Source: Nitrospirota bacterium
Lineage (GTDB): Bacteria; Nitrospirota; Nitrospiria; 2-01-FULL-66-17
Assembly: GCA_049325335.1 (NCBI GenBank)
Contig: JBMOMC010000011.1
Span: forward strand, 52,926-116,925
Reading direction: 5' to 3'
DNA: 64,000 bases
The stretch's first letter is position 1; each line of letters opens with the position of its first letter. Positions 27,349-35,275 of this stretch are shown one piece after another. The notes below the pieces were generated by a model. That model was not told the origin of the DNA, did no database searches, and saw only the letters and a program-made list of their open reading frames with translations. A program made the position numbers and the translations under genes.

Positions 27349-28703
27349 CGGACAAACCGCGAATCCTTGTGGTGGACGACGAGCCCAACATCCGCAGCGC
27401 GATCGTCACCATTCTCGACCGTTCAGGGTATGCCGTTGAGGGCGCGGCTGGCCCCAGCGAGGCGGACCGCATCCTGAGCCAGGCGGACTGCCACGTGGTG
27501 CTGCTGGATTTACGCATGCCGGGGGCGAACGGGCTGGACTGCCTGCGCCGGTGGAAAGCTGAGCACCCGCACACCGAGATCATCGTCATTACCGCGTTTG
27601 GCTCCGTGGAAACCGCGGTCGAGGCCATGCGGCTGGGCGCCTACGATTACCTCTCAAAGCCGATCGACCGAGACCGGCTCCCCATTGTGGTGAAAAAGGC
27701 GGTCGAACGCCATCTTTTGAGCACCGAGAACACTGTGCTCAAGGAACGGCTGGCGCGCCGGGATGGTTACGGCCCCTTTATCGGCCACAGTTCCGCGATG
27801 CTCCGCGTGTTCGAACTGATCGATCTGGTGGCGCCCAGCGATGCCACCGTCTTGATCGTGGGGGAAAGCGGCGTGGGGAAGGAGCGGGTCGCACGCGCGA
27901 TCTACGAACGGGGGCCGCGCGCCAACGGGCCGTTCATCGCGGTCAACTGCGGGGCGTTACCGGAGGCGCTTCAGGAAAGCGAACTCTTCGGGTATGAAAA
28001 GGGCGCGTTTACGGGTGCAACGACCACCAAACCAGGCCGCTTCGAACTCGCGCACGAGGGGGTCCTCTTTCTGGACGAAGTTGGGGAGATGAGCGCGAAG
28101 ACCCAGGTCGACTTCCTCCGGGTGCTCGAGACGAGAGAATTCCGACGCGTCGGCGGGACCCGTCTCGTCAAGGTGGACGTACGGATCGTGGCGGCTACGA
28201 ATCGCGACCTCAAGAAAGCCGTTGACGAGGGACGGTTTCGAGAAGACCTCTACTACCGGTTCAATGTGGTACCGATTCGCGTCCCTCCGCTTCGTGAACG
28301 CCCCGACGATCTCCCGCTGTTGATTGAGGCATTCCTTGACGAATTCGCCGTCACGTACCGGCGCGAGCGTCAGGTGCTCGCGCCGGAAACGCTGGCGCGG
28401 TTCGTGGCCTATTCGTGGCCGGGAAACATTCGAGAACTCCGGAATCTCCTCGAACGTCTGGTCCTCACGAGTCGGGAAGCGGTGATCGGCCCCACGGACC
28501 TCCCGCCGGAGATGTTGAGCGAGGCTCCCGCACGGGCGCAGGGAAATCGGTTGGCGGGCAAGACGCTTCGCGATCTTGAAAAGGACGCCATCATCGAGAC
28601 GCTTCGCGACATCACGTCTCACCGGGAGAAGGCGGCGAAGATCCTCGGCATTAGTCCCCGCGCGCTCCAGTACAAGATCAAGGATTACGGGATCGACGTG
28701 TAA
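27345..28703 (+). CDS. Sigma54-dependent response regulator (NtrC family)
   Basis: Receiver domain; GESGVGKE, GAFTGA, FLDEVGE and WPGNIREL motifs; C-terminal Fis-type HTH. Confidence 0.95.
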   Translation: MTDKPRILVVDDEPNIRSAIVTILDRSGYAVEGAAGPSEADRILSQADCHVVLLDLRMPGANGLDCLRRWKAEHPHTEIIVITAFGSVETAVEAMRLGAYDYLSKPIDRDRLPIVVKKAVERHLLSTENTVLKERLARRDGYGPFIGHSSAMLRVFELIDLVAPSDATVLIVGESGVGKERVARAIYERGPRANGPFIAVNCGALPEALQESELFGYEKGAFTGATTTKPGRFELAHEGVLFLDEVGEMSAKTQVDFLRVLETREFRRVGGTRLVKVDVRIVAATNRDLKKAVDEGRFREDLYYRFNVVPIRVPPLRERPDDLPLLIEAFLDEFAVTYRRERQVLAPETLARFVAYSWPGNIRELRNLLERLVLTSREAVIGPTDLPPEMLSEAPARAQGNRLAGKTLRDLEKDAIIETLRDITSHREKAAKILGISPRALQYKIKDYGIDV

Positions 28704-28851
28704 CGCAAGAGTCCCGGCATGGCTTCGGCTCCAGATTCCCTGCGCAAAATTTCGCTCGAATCTGCAATTCTTGCATCTCAATGGAGATGCCAAGTTTCAG
28801 ATTCGATCGACTGATCTCTGTCGTGTCTGAGAACTGATCACGTTCCCGTAC

Positions 28852-28867
28852 TGGTACGGAATCTGCT
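28852..28867 (+). promoter_or_regulatory. Sigma54 -24/-12 promoter
   Basis: TGGTACGGAATCTGCT (GG-N10-GC) downstream of the NtrC-family gene. Confidence 0.72.
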
Positions 28868-28940
28868 ATGAGTAAAGTCGGCGGGACACACCATGTCATT
28901 CCGTGGCGCAGAGATAGAGGGATTCCCAACGGAGCGCGAA

Positions 28941-29222
28941 TTGCGAAGAGTCCAAGTCGTGTGCCAGCGATGCCATCGTCACGTGCATACGCTGTATGTG
29001 GTCCCTGATTTTGAGCGGGTCTGCGTCGAGTGCCGCCGTCAGTTGGCTCAGCAACGAAAGCGCGTTCGAGAGCAGAAAATGAAGAAAACCAAAGATGCTC
29101 TCCTCACGGTTGATGAGACCTCAGCCCCGCCATCCTCTGACGCCCCGATTGAAGCGATAGCCCCTGCCCCCCCACCGACGCGGGAGGATGAACAGTGGGA
29201 TCCCAAAATGGGTATTGATTGA
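28941..29222 (+). CDS. Small protein with two CxxC motifs (putative zinc finger)
   Basis: CQRCH..CVEC followed by a basic helix and a Pro/acidic tail; start either TTG 28941 after GGAG or ATG 28893; lies behind the sigma54 promoter. Confidence 0.55.
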   Translation: MRRVQVVCQRCHRHVHTLYVVPDFERVCVECRRQLAQQRKRVREQKMKKTKDALLTVDETSAPPSSDAPIEAIAPAPPPTREDEQWDPKMGID

Positions 29223-29293
29223 GCCGGGACAGGGTGGTGGGTAGTCGTCGAGCATTCGAACAGGTGTCCGTCGGTCGGATTCGGGTCAAACAT

Positions 29294-29331
29294 CCAGAGG
29301 GTGGGCGCACGGCCGCGCGCCCACCCTCTGG
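29294..29331. repeat. REP-related palindrome or terminator-like hairpin
   Basis: CCAGAGGGTGGGCGCACGGCCGCGCGCCCACCCTCTGG; core nearly identical to the REP at 12255. Confidence 0.7.
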
Positions 29332-29337
29332 CGTGTC

Positions 29338-30156
29338 CTACCGCAAATTGGTCTTGAAGAACGCCAGGGTTTTGTTCCACGCGTCGGTGGCCATCTCCGA
29401 CTTGTAGTTGGGATTGCTGGGGTTGGCGAACGCGTGGTCCGCGTCGTAGTGGTGGATCTCGTGTTTGACCGGGGTGGCCTTGAGCGCGGTTTCGAAGTCT
29501 TTGACCATCGCCGGCGTGATCCATCCGTCGCGGTCCGCGAAAATTCCGAGTAACGGTCCCTTGAGTTTCTTTAAGACCGCGGGGTCTTTTTCCACCATCC
29601 CGTAGTACATCACCACGGCGTCAACCGGTTCGTTCAATCCCAATTGCAGGGAGTGCCCGCCGCCCATGCACCATCCCACCGAGCCAATCTTTTTGCCCTT
29701 GGAGAAGGACTGGGATCGAACCCACGCATAGGAGGCGGTCAGCATCTTGGTGGCTTTGGCCTGATCCAACTCGTTCATGTATTTGCCCGCGGTCTGCGGG
29801 TCCGTGGCCAGTTTGCCTTCGTACAGATCGGGCGCAAAGACCGCGTACCCTTCTTTGGCGAGAAGGTCGGCTTGCTGTTTGATGTGGGTGTTGAGTCCCC
29901 ACCACTCGTGCAGCATGATGACCGCGGGAAACGGGCCGGCCCCGTCTGGTTTGGACATATAGCCCGCGAGCTTCACGTCGCCGACCGTGGCGGAAACGGC
30001 CTGGCCCTTGAGGGCAGGGGCATCCGCGACGCGCAGCGGGTGGGGTTGCGTGCCGGCGTCATCGCCCATTCCGGCGAACACCGTGGCGGCGAGCAAACCG
30101 ACCCCAGCGATTGTGGTGAGGGTTGACCAAACAGCGGGTGCAAGCGTCCGGCTCAT
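29338..30156 (-). CDS. Exported dienelactone hydrolase family protein
   Basis: HEWWGLN, nucleophile motif GWCMGG, HAFAN; N-terminal signal or anchor. Confidence 0.9.
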   Translation of the reverse strand: MSRTLAPAVWSTLTTIAGVGLLAATVFAGMGDDAGTQPHPLRVADAPALKGQAVSATVGDVKLAGYMSKPDGAGPFPAVIMLHEWWGLNTHIKQQADLLAKEGYAVFAPDLYEGKLATDPQTAGKYMNELDQAKATKMLTASYAWVRSQSFSKGKKIGSVGWCMGGGHSLQLGLNEPVDAVVMYYGMVEKDPAVLKKLKGPLLGIFADRDGWITPAMVKDFETALKATPVKHEIHHYDADHAFANPSNPNYKSEMATDAWNKTLAFFKTNLR

Positions 30157-30275
30157 GACTCCCTCCGCGTAACGGTCGAAGCGTGATCGCGTCGTGCGAC
30201 GCGCGGAGCCTACCGCACGTCGGCGGTAAAACTCAAGAGGTCACGGCGGGGATCCACTCCTGAAAACGTTTTGAG

Positions 30276-30354
30276 CGTGGTTCGACAGGCTCACCACGAA
30301 CGGACAATTTACCGGATCGTCAACGTCTCATTCCGTCGTCCTGAGCGTGTCGAA
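30276..30354. repeat. REP-like inverted pair (TTCGACAGGCTCA...TGAGCGTGTCGAA type)
   Basis: cgtggttcgacaggctcaccacgaacgg ... ccgtcgtcctgagcgtgtcgaa form near-complementary arms in an intergenic region. Confidence 0.7.
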
Positions 30355-30382
30355 AAACGTCTACGGGGTTGGCCTCCACTAG

Positions 30383-31315
30383 CTAGGAGTGTGGCGTCTT
30401 GAGATCGCAATACAACGGTTTCGGTTCCGCCACGGTTTCGTATTCCACGGTGGCGTGGCTGATGCCGAATTGCTCCCGCAATTCGCGGCGCAGCGTACGC
30501 GTGAGTTGTTCGGTTCGGCTGACCGGCATATCGTCCACGACCACCCGGCAACTCAGCGCGGACAACCCCGACCCCAGCGCCCAGATATGCAAATCGTTGA
30601 TGTCGCGCACGCCGGACGCCGCGCGTAGTTGCGCGGCCACCGCGTCGGTGTCGATGTGCGTGGGTACGCCTTCCAGCAGGATCGTGACCGACTCCCGTAG
30701 AATCTTCCACGCTTCACCCGCGATGATGAGCGCGATCACCGCGCCCGAGGCCGCGTCCAGTGCAGTCCACCCGGTGACGCCGATGACCAGCCCCGAGCCG
30801 ATCACGCCCAAGGAAATCAGTGCGTCGGCCACCATGTGAATGAACGCGCTTTTGACCGAGAGGTTCTCGGCGGCCGAACGGCGGAGCAATAAGGCGGTCC
30901 ACAGATTGGCTGCGAACGCCAGGCCCGCAACCAGCGCCACGGTGCGCCCGTCCACCGGCTGGGGATCCAGCAGCCGGTGCGCGGATTCCGTAACCAGCCA
31001 CGCCGTCATGCCCAAAAACAGGGCGGCGTTGAGCAGGGCGGTCAGAATTTCAGCCCGGTGATACCCGAATGTGCGGCGACCGTGCGAGGGTTTTGTCGCT
31101 TGATACACCGCGTACCACGAAATCACCAACACGGCGACGTCGGTGGCGTTGTGCGCGGCGTCGCTGAGCAGACCGAGGCTGTTGGCCATCAATCCGCCGA
31201 CGACCTCGACCAGTACGATGGCGACGTTCAACGCGATCGCAAATCCCAATCGACGGCGGATGGCGGCGTCGGGGGTTCGGGCCTGCGGCGACGAGGTGAC
31301 GGTCGGGTGGCTCAT
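30383..31315 (-). CDS. Cation diffusion facilitator (CzcD/ZitB-like) metal efflux transporter
   Basis: SLGLLSDAAHNATD, TFGYHRAE, HMVAD and DLHIW motifs. Confidence 0.92.
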   Translation of the reverse strand: MSHPTVTSSPQARTPDAAIRRRLGFAIALNVAIVLVEVVGGLMANSLGLLSDAAHNATDVAVLVISWYAVYQATKPSHGRRTFGYHRAEILTALLNAALFLGMTAWLVTESAHRLLDPQPVDGRTVALVAGLAFAANLWTALLLRRSAAENLSVKSAFIHMVADALISLGVIGSGLVIGVTGWTALDAASGAVIALIIAGEAWKILRESVTILLEGVPTHIDTDAVAAQLRAASGVRDINDLHIWALGSGLSALSCRVVVDDMPVSRTEQLTRTLRRELREQFGISHATVEYETVAEPKPLYCDLKTPHS

Positions 31316-31325
31316 ACCCTGGGGA

Positions 31326-31997
31326 CTATCGAGTGGTTGATCGCGCGGATGGCTCGTCGGACTTCGGGAGACGGCGGTTGCGCGTCGGAAGCAGATACCA
31401 TAGTCGGAGCGCCAGCAGCGCGGTCAGGATCACGGCGAAGACGAACGGCGCGCCGGTGTCGACTTTGACGGACAAGATGTAGTGCACGACCCCGAGGGCG
31501 GCGGCGGGGTACACAAGTTGGTGCACCTGTTGCCATCGGCGTTCGCCGAGCCGGAGCGCGGCCCACCCGAACGATGTGGCGGCGGGCGGCGTCATCAACG
31601 CGAACGACAACAGGCCGACCGTCACGTGCGGACGCTTGATCACGTCGGCCGTGATGTCGGGGATGGACAGCGCCTGATCCAGGCCCGCGTAGGCTGCGGT
31701 GTGCAGGCACGCGTAGAAAAACGAAAACAATCCGCACGCCCGCCGCCAGACCAACGCGCCCTCCCAACGCAGCAGCCGTCCCGCCGGCGCGAGCCCCAGC
31801 GTCAGCACCAGGAGGGCCAGCGCCCACCATCCGGTCGAGCGAATCACCCGGTTGATCGGGTTGGCGCCGAGCCCGCCGGTGAATGCGTCGATCAGGAGCC
31901 ACAGCAGCGGCAGGCAACCGACCACGAACGGCAGGCGGTGCGTGATGCGGGGTGCGAATCGGGGAGCGGAAGCTGCGGCGTCCACGGACATTGCCAC
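31326..31997 (-). CDS. msrQ: Heme-binding membrane subunit of protein-methionine-sulfoxide reductase
   Basis: LGANP, TGWWAL, RRACGL..FFYACLH and WQQVHQLVY..VVHY motifs; adjacent to msrP. Confidence 0.9.
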   Translation of the reverse strand: MAMSVDAAASAPRFAPRITHRLPFVVGCLPLLWLLIDAFTGGLGANPINRVIRSTGWWALALLVLTLGLAPAGRLLRWEGALVWRRACGLFSFFYACLHTAAYAGLDQALSIPDITADVIKRPHVTVGLLSFALMTPPAATSFGWAALRLGERRWQQVHQLVYPAAALGVVHYILSVKVDTGAPFVFAVILTALLALRLWYLLPTRNRRLPKSDEPSARSTTR

Positions 31998-31998
31998 G

Positions 31999-32961
31999 CT
32001 AAAAGTTCACGGACAGATCCATCCCGGAGTACAGTCCCGCCACCTGGTCGGCGTACCCGTTAAACGGGAGGGTCTTGCGTTTGAGGAAGTCGCCGATGCG
32101 TCGTTCGCGTTCCTGACTCCACCGCGGATGATCCACCGCCGGGTTGACGTTGGCGTAAAAACCGTATTCATCGGGGCTGTAGGCGGCCCAGGTGGTCGTC
32201 GGTTGGGTCGCGACCAACCGGATCGCGGTGATGGCCTTGATGCTTTTGAACCCGTATTTCCAGGGCACCACGAGCCGGATCGGCGCGCCGTTCTGGTTGG
32301 GCAAGATTTTTCCGTAGAGCCCGACCGCCAGAATCGTAAGGGGGTGCATGGCCTCGTCGAGTCGCAGGCCCTCGCGATACGGCCACTGGAGGACCGGTTT
32401 GCGTTGGCCGGGAAACCGTTTGGGGTCGTGGGGTGCGGTGAATTCGACGTAACGGGCTTTGGACGTGGGTTGGATCCGTTGGAGCAGATCGCGCAACGGA
32501 AACCCGATCCACGGAATTACCATGGACCAGGCTTCCACGCAGCGCAAACGGTAGACGCGCTCTTCGAGGGTAAACGATTTGATGAGTTCATCAACGTCGT
32601 ATACCCCCGGGGTGGTCACGTCGCCTTCAACGGCGACGGTCCACGGCCGCGCCTGGAAGTTTTTGGCCAACAGGGCCGGGGCTTCCTTGTCCGTGGAGAA
32701 CTCGTAGTAGTTGTTGTACCCGGTGATGTCGTCGAACGACGTGGCCGGTTCATTCGTGCTGAGTGGACTCTTCGTCACGCGGCCGAACGCGCCTTCCGCG
32801 AGCGTGTTGTCCCCGTGCGCGTCCGACCAGCGTCCCAACGACAGCGCCGCGCCGAACCCGGCCGCGGTTTTGAGAAATCCGCGCCGTCCCATAAACGCGC
32901 GATACAATCGCTCGTCGGTGATCTCTGATGAGGGAATACCTCGGCTCCGTCCGATGAACAT
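31999..32961 (-). CDS. msrP: Periplasmic molybdoenzyme protein-methionine-sulfoxide reductase
   Basis: Tat motif [27 protein letters not shown] and [18 protein letters not shown] motifs. Confidence 0.96.
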   Translation of the reverse strand: MFIGRSRGIPSSEITDERLYRAFMGRRGFLKTAAGFGAALSLGRWSDAHGDNTLAEGAFGRVTKSPLSTNEPATSFDDITGYNNYYEFSTDKEAPALLAKNFQARPWTVAVEGDVTTPGVYDVDELIKSFTLEERVYRLRCVEAWSMVIPWIGFPLRDLLQRIQPTSKARYVEFTAPHDPKRFPGQRKPVLQWPYREGLRLDEAMHPLTILAVGLYGKILPNQNGAPIRLVVPWKYGFKSIKAITAIRLVATQPTTTWAAYSPDEYGFYANVNPAVDHPRWSQERERRIGDFLKRKTLPFNGYADQVAGLYSGMDLSVNF

Positions 32962-33125
32962 GGCGCGCTCCTAGGCACTATTTCACGACCAAACCGACAA
33001 ACAGTCAAGTGCTCCCCGAGGGGGGCCGTGACCTCCGGCAGGGTGACGTGAGCTCGGCTCCGCCGTATTCCGGTTGCCACGGCGTCGTGTTGAAATCCCG
33101 AGCGCGACTCTGCTAGAAGATTCCC

Positions 33126-33695
33126 GTGGAGGATGTCGACCGGGCGCTGGTCGAGCGCGTCAAGGAGGGAGATAGCTCGGCGTTCGAGCGTCTCTTTTCC
33201 CGACACGCGGAGCGCATCTTCCGATTCGCCTCGCGCATGTGCCGCCACGCGCAGGACGCGGAGGACATCCTCCAAGAGACGTTCCTGGCCGCCTACCGCC
33301 ACCTGAACACTTTCGGCGGCAAGGCCCGATTCACCACCTGGCTCTATACCATCGCGGCCAACTCCTGCCGGCGCACGCGCCGTCACGCGGGTGCGTCCAC
33401 CACGATCAACGACACCGACGGCGCCGACGGGCACGTGCCGGTGGACGACTGGACGCGTCGTCCCGACGTGCAGGCCATACGCAAAGAAACACGGCGCGTG
33501 ATCGAGGATGCGGTGGCGGCATTGCCCAAGGACCAGCGGCTGGTGCTGGTGCTGCGCGACATGGAGGGGCTGCCGGCCGAGGAGGTGGCCCGGATCACGG
33601 GCGCGAGCGTGCCCGCGGTCAAGTCGCGGTTGCACCGGGCGCGGCTGGCCGTGCGCAACGATCTGACGCGTCGGTTTCAGGAGCGGGGGCGATGA
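33126..33695 (+). CDS. ECF sigma-70 factor
   Basis: DAEDILQETF, FTTWLYTIA and AVKSRLHRAR motifs. Confidence 0.92.
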   Translation: MEDVDRALVERVKEGDSSAFERLFSRHAERIFRFASRMCRHAQDAEDILQETFLAAYRHLNTFGGKARFTTWLYTIAANSCRRTRRHAGASTTINDTDGADGHVPVDDWTRRPDVQAIRKETRRVIEDAVAALPKDQRLVLVLRDMEGLPAEEVARITGASVPAVKSRLHRARLAVRNDLTRRFQERGR

Positions 33696-33964
33696 GCCGT
33701 CCCGCGCCGCGTCATGTTCGTCCGTGTCTGCGACGGCTGGGGCGCTTGTCCGCCTATCTTGACCGCGAGTTGCCGGCCTCGGCCTGCGACCAAATCCGCA
33801 AACACATGGCCGGCTGCCCGGATTGCCGCATTGTCCTGAAAACACTGAAAAAAACTATTACTTTGTGCCGTCAGGCCCCGAAGCAACAACCCTCGCGCGC
33901 GGCGTTGACCCGGATCCTGTCCGCGATCAAACGGGAACTGGCCACGTCACGTCCGAAGGTCTGA
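33692..33964 (+). CDS. Soluble ZAS (zf-HC2) anti-sigma factor
   Basis: LSAYLDREL and HMAGCPDC, extra Cys residues, no TM segment; ATGA overlap with the sigma gene. Confidence 0.88.
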   Translation: MSRPAPRHVRPCLRRLGRLSAYLDRELPASACDQIRKHMAGCPDCRIVLKTLKKTITLCRQAPKQQPSRAALTRILSAIKRELATSRPKV

Positions 33965-34031
33965 ATCCTTTTCCGCGTTCGTGACTCTACAGGGCAGAAG
34001 GTGCGGCGTTCTTACCCTGGGAGGACCGACG

Positions 34032-34235
34032 ATGAAATTGGACATGAATGCGTGGCTGCGGGCGATTGCCGGGACCGTGGTGTTGGCGAGCGTGGGGCTG
34101 AGCGTGGCGCACGATCCGCGGTGGCTATGGCTGACCGCGTTCGTGGGGCTGAATCTGCTCCAGTCGTCGTTCAGCAACGGGTGTCCGATGATGACGATTT
34201 TGCGGAAAGCGGGAGTTAAAGAGGGCCGATGCTGA
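34032..34235 (+). CDS. DUF2892 (YgaP-like) small membrane protein
   Basis: LRAIAG..WLWLTAFVGLNLLQSSFSNGCPM; GGAGG RBS. Confidence 0.88.
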   Translation: MKLDMNAWLRAIAGTVVLASVGLSVAHDPRWLWLTAFVGLNLLQSSFSNGCPMMTILRKAGVKEGRC

Positions 34236-35275
34236 TGAAACGTGTACTCATTGTCGCGGCGGTATCGGCCGCGGCGATCATCGGATATCTGTGGTGGACG
34301 GGCGACCACGGCGCGGGACCCCAAGAGCGTGAGCGTCCCACGGTGTCGGGAGCGACGTTCGTGGCGGCGGTGGGCGATGCGCCCCGCGTGGTGGAGGCGA
34401 CCGGCGTGGTGGTGTCCGCGCGCGAAGCGGTCCTGGCCGGCAAGGTCGTGGCCGCGGTGAACACGCTCCGGGCCAGGGAGGGCTCGATCGTGGCCGCCGG
34501 CCAGGTGGTGGTCGAATTGGACGATCGGGAACTGGCCGCGGATTTGGAACGCGCCGAAGCGGAGCGTCGCAACGCCACCAGTCGGCTGGAGCGCCTGCGG
34601 TCGGTGGCCACCGAGGGCCTGGTCGCGCCCCAAACGCTTGAAGACGCGGAGCGCGCGCTGCGCGTGGCCGAAGCCTCGCGGACCGCGGCCGCGGCGGTGC
34701 TCGCTTCAGCCGTGATCCGGGCGCCGTTTCAGGGCGTGGTCACCGAACGGTACATCGAGGTCGGAGACATGGCGACGCCGGGCAAACCCCTCCTGAAGGT
34801 TGAAGGCAGCCGCGACCTGCGCCTTGAAGTGACCGTGGCCGGCGACGAAGCTGCCTTGATCCAGACCAGTCAATCCGTTGAGGCGGTGATTGACGCATTG
34901 GGCGCCCAGCCGCTGGCCGGCACGGTGGCGGTGATCGTGCCGCGCGCCGAAGCCACGACGCAGTCCGTGACCGTGAAAGTGGACCTGCCGCCCACACCGG
35001 GCCTCAAAGGCGGACTGTACGGCCGCGCGCGTTTTACCGTGGGTCGGGAGCAGGCGCTCACCGTACCCGCCGCGGCCGTGTCGTCCGTCGGGGCGCTGGA
35101 TCGCATCTACGTGGTAGGCGCGGACAATGTGCTGCGAACGCGGCTCGTGCGCTTGGGCCGCCGATTCAACGACCGCGTGGAAGTACGTGCCGGGTTGGAG
35201 CCAGGCGAACGGGTGCTCGCGGACGGCAGTCTCGGCGTGGACGGCGCCAGATTCCAGGACGCGGCAGGGCCATGA
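34229..35275 (+). CDS. RND efflux membrane fusion (periplasmic adaptor) protein
   Basis: N-terminal anchor; IRAPFQGVV, GDMATPGKPL and GLEPGERV motifs. Confidence 0.92.
   Translation: MLMKRVLIVAAVSAAAIIGYLWWTGDHGAGPQERERPTVSGATFVAAVGDAPRVVEATGVVVSAREAVLAGKVVAAVNTLRAREGSIVAAGQVVVELDDRELAADLERAEAERRNATSRLERLRSVATEGLVAPQTLEDAERALRVAEASRTAAAAVLASAVIRAPFQGVVTERYIEVGDMATPGKPLLKVEGSRDLRLEVTVAGDEAALIQTSQSVEAVIDALGAQPLAGTVAVIVPRAEATTQSVTVKVDLPPTPGLKGGLYGRARFTVGREQALTVPAAAVSSVGALDRIYVVGADNVLRTRLVRLGRRFNDRVEVRAGLEPGERVLADGSLGVDGARFQDAAGP

Noticed and set aside
28962..28976. CxxCH motif as a c-type cytochrome heme site
   Set aside because: There is no signal peptide, and a second CxxC suggests a cytoplasmic zinc finger instead
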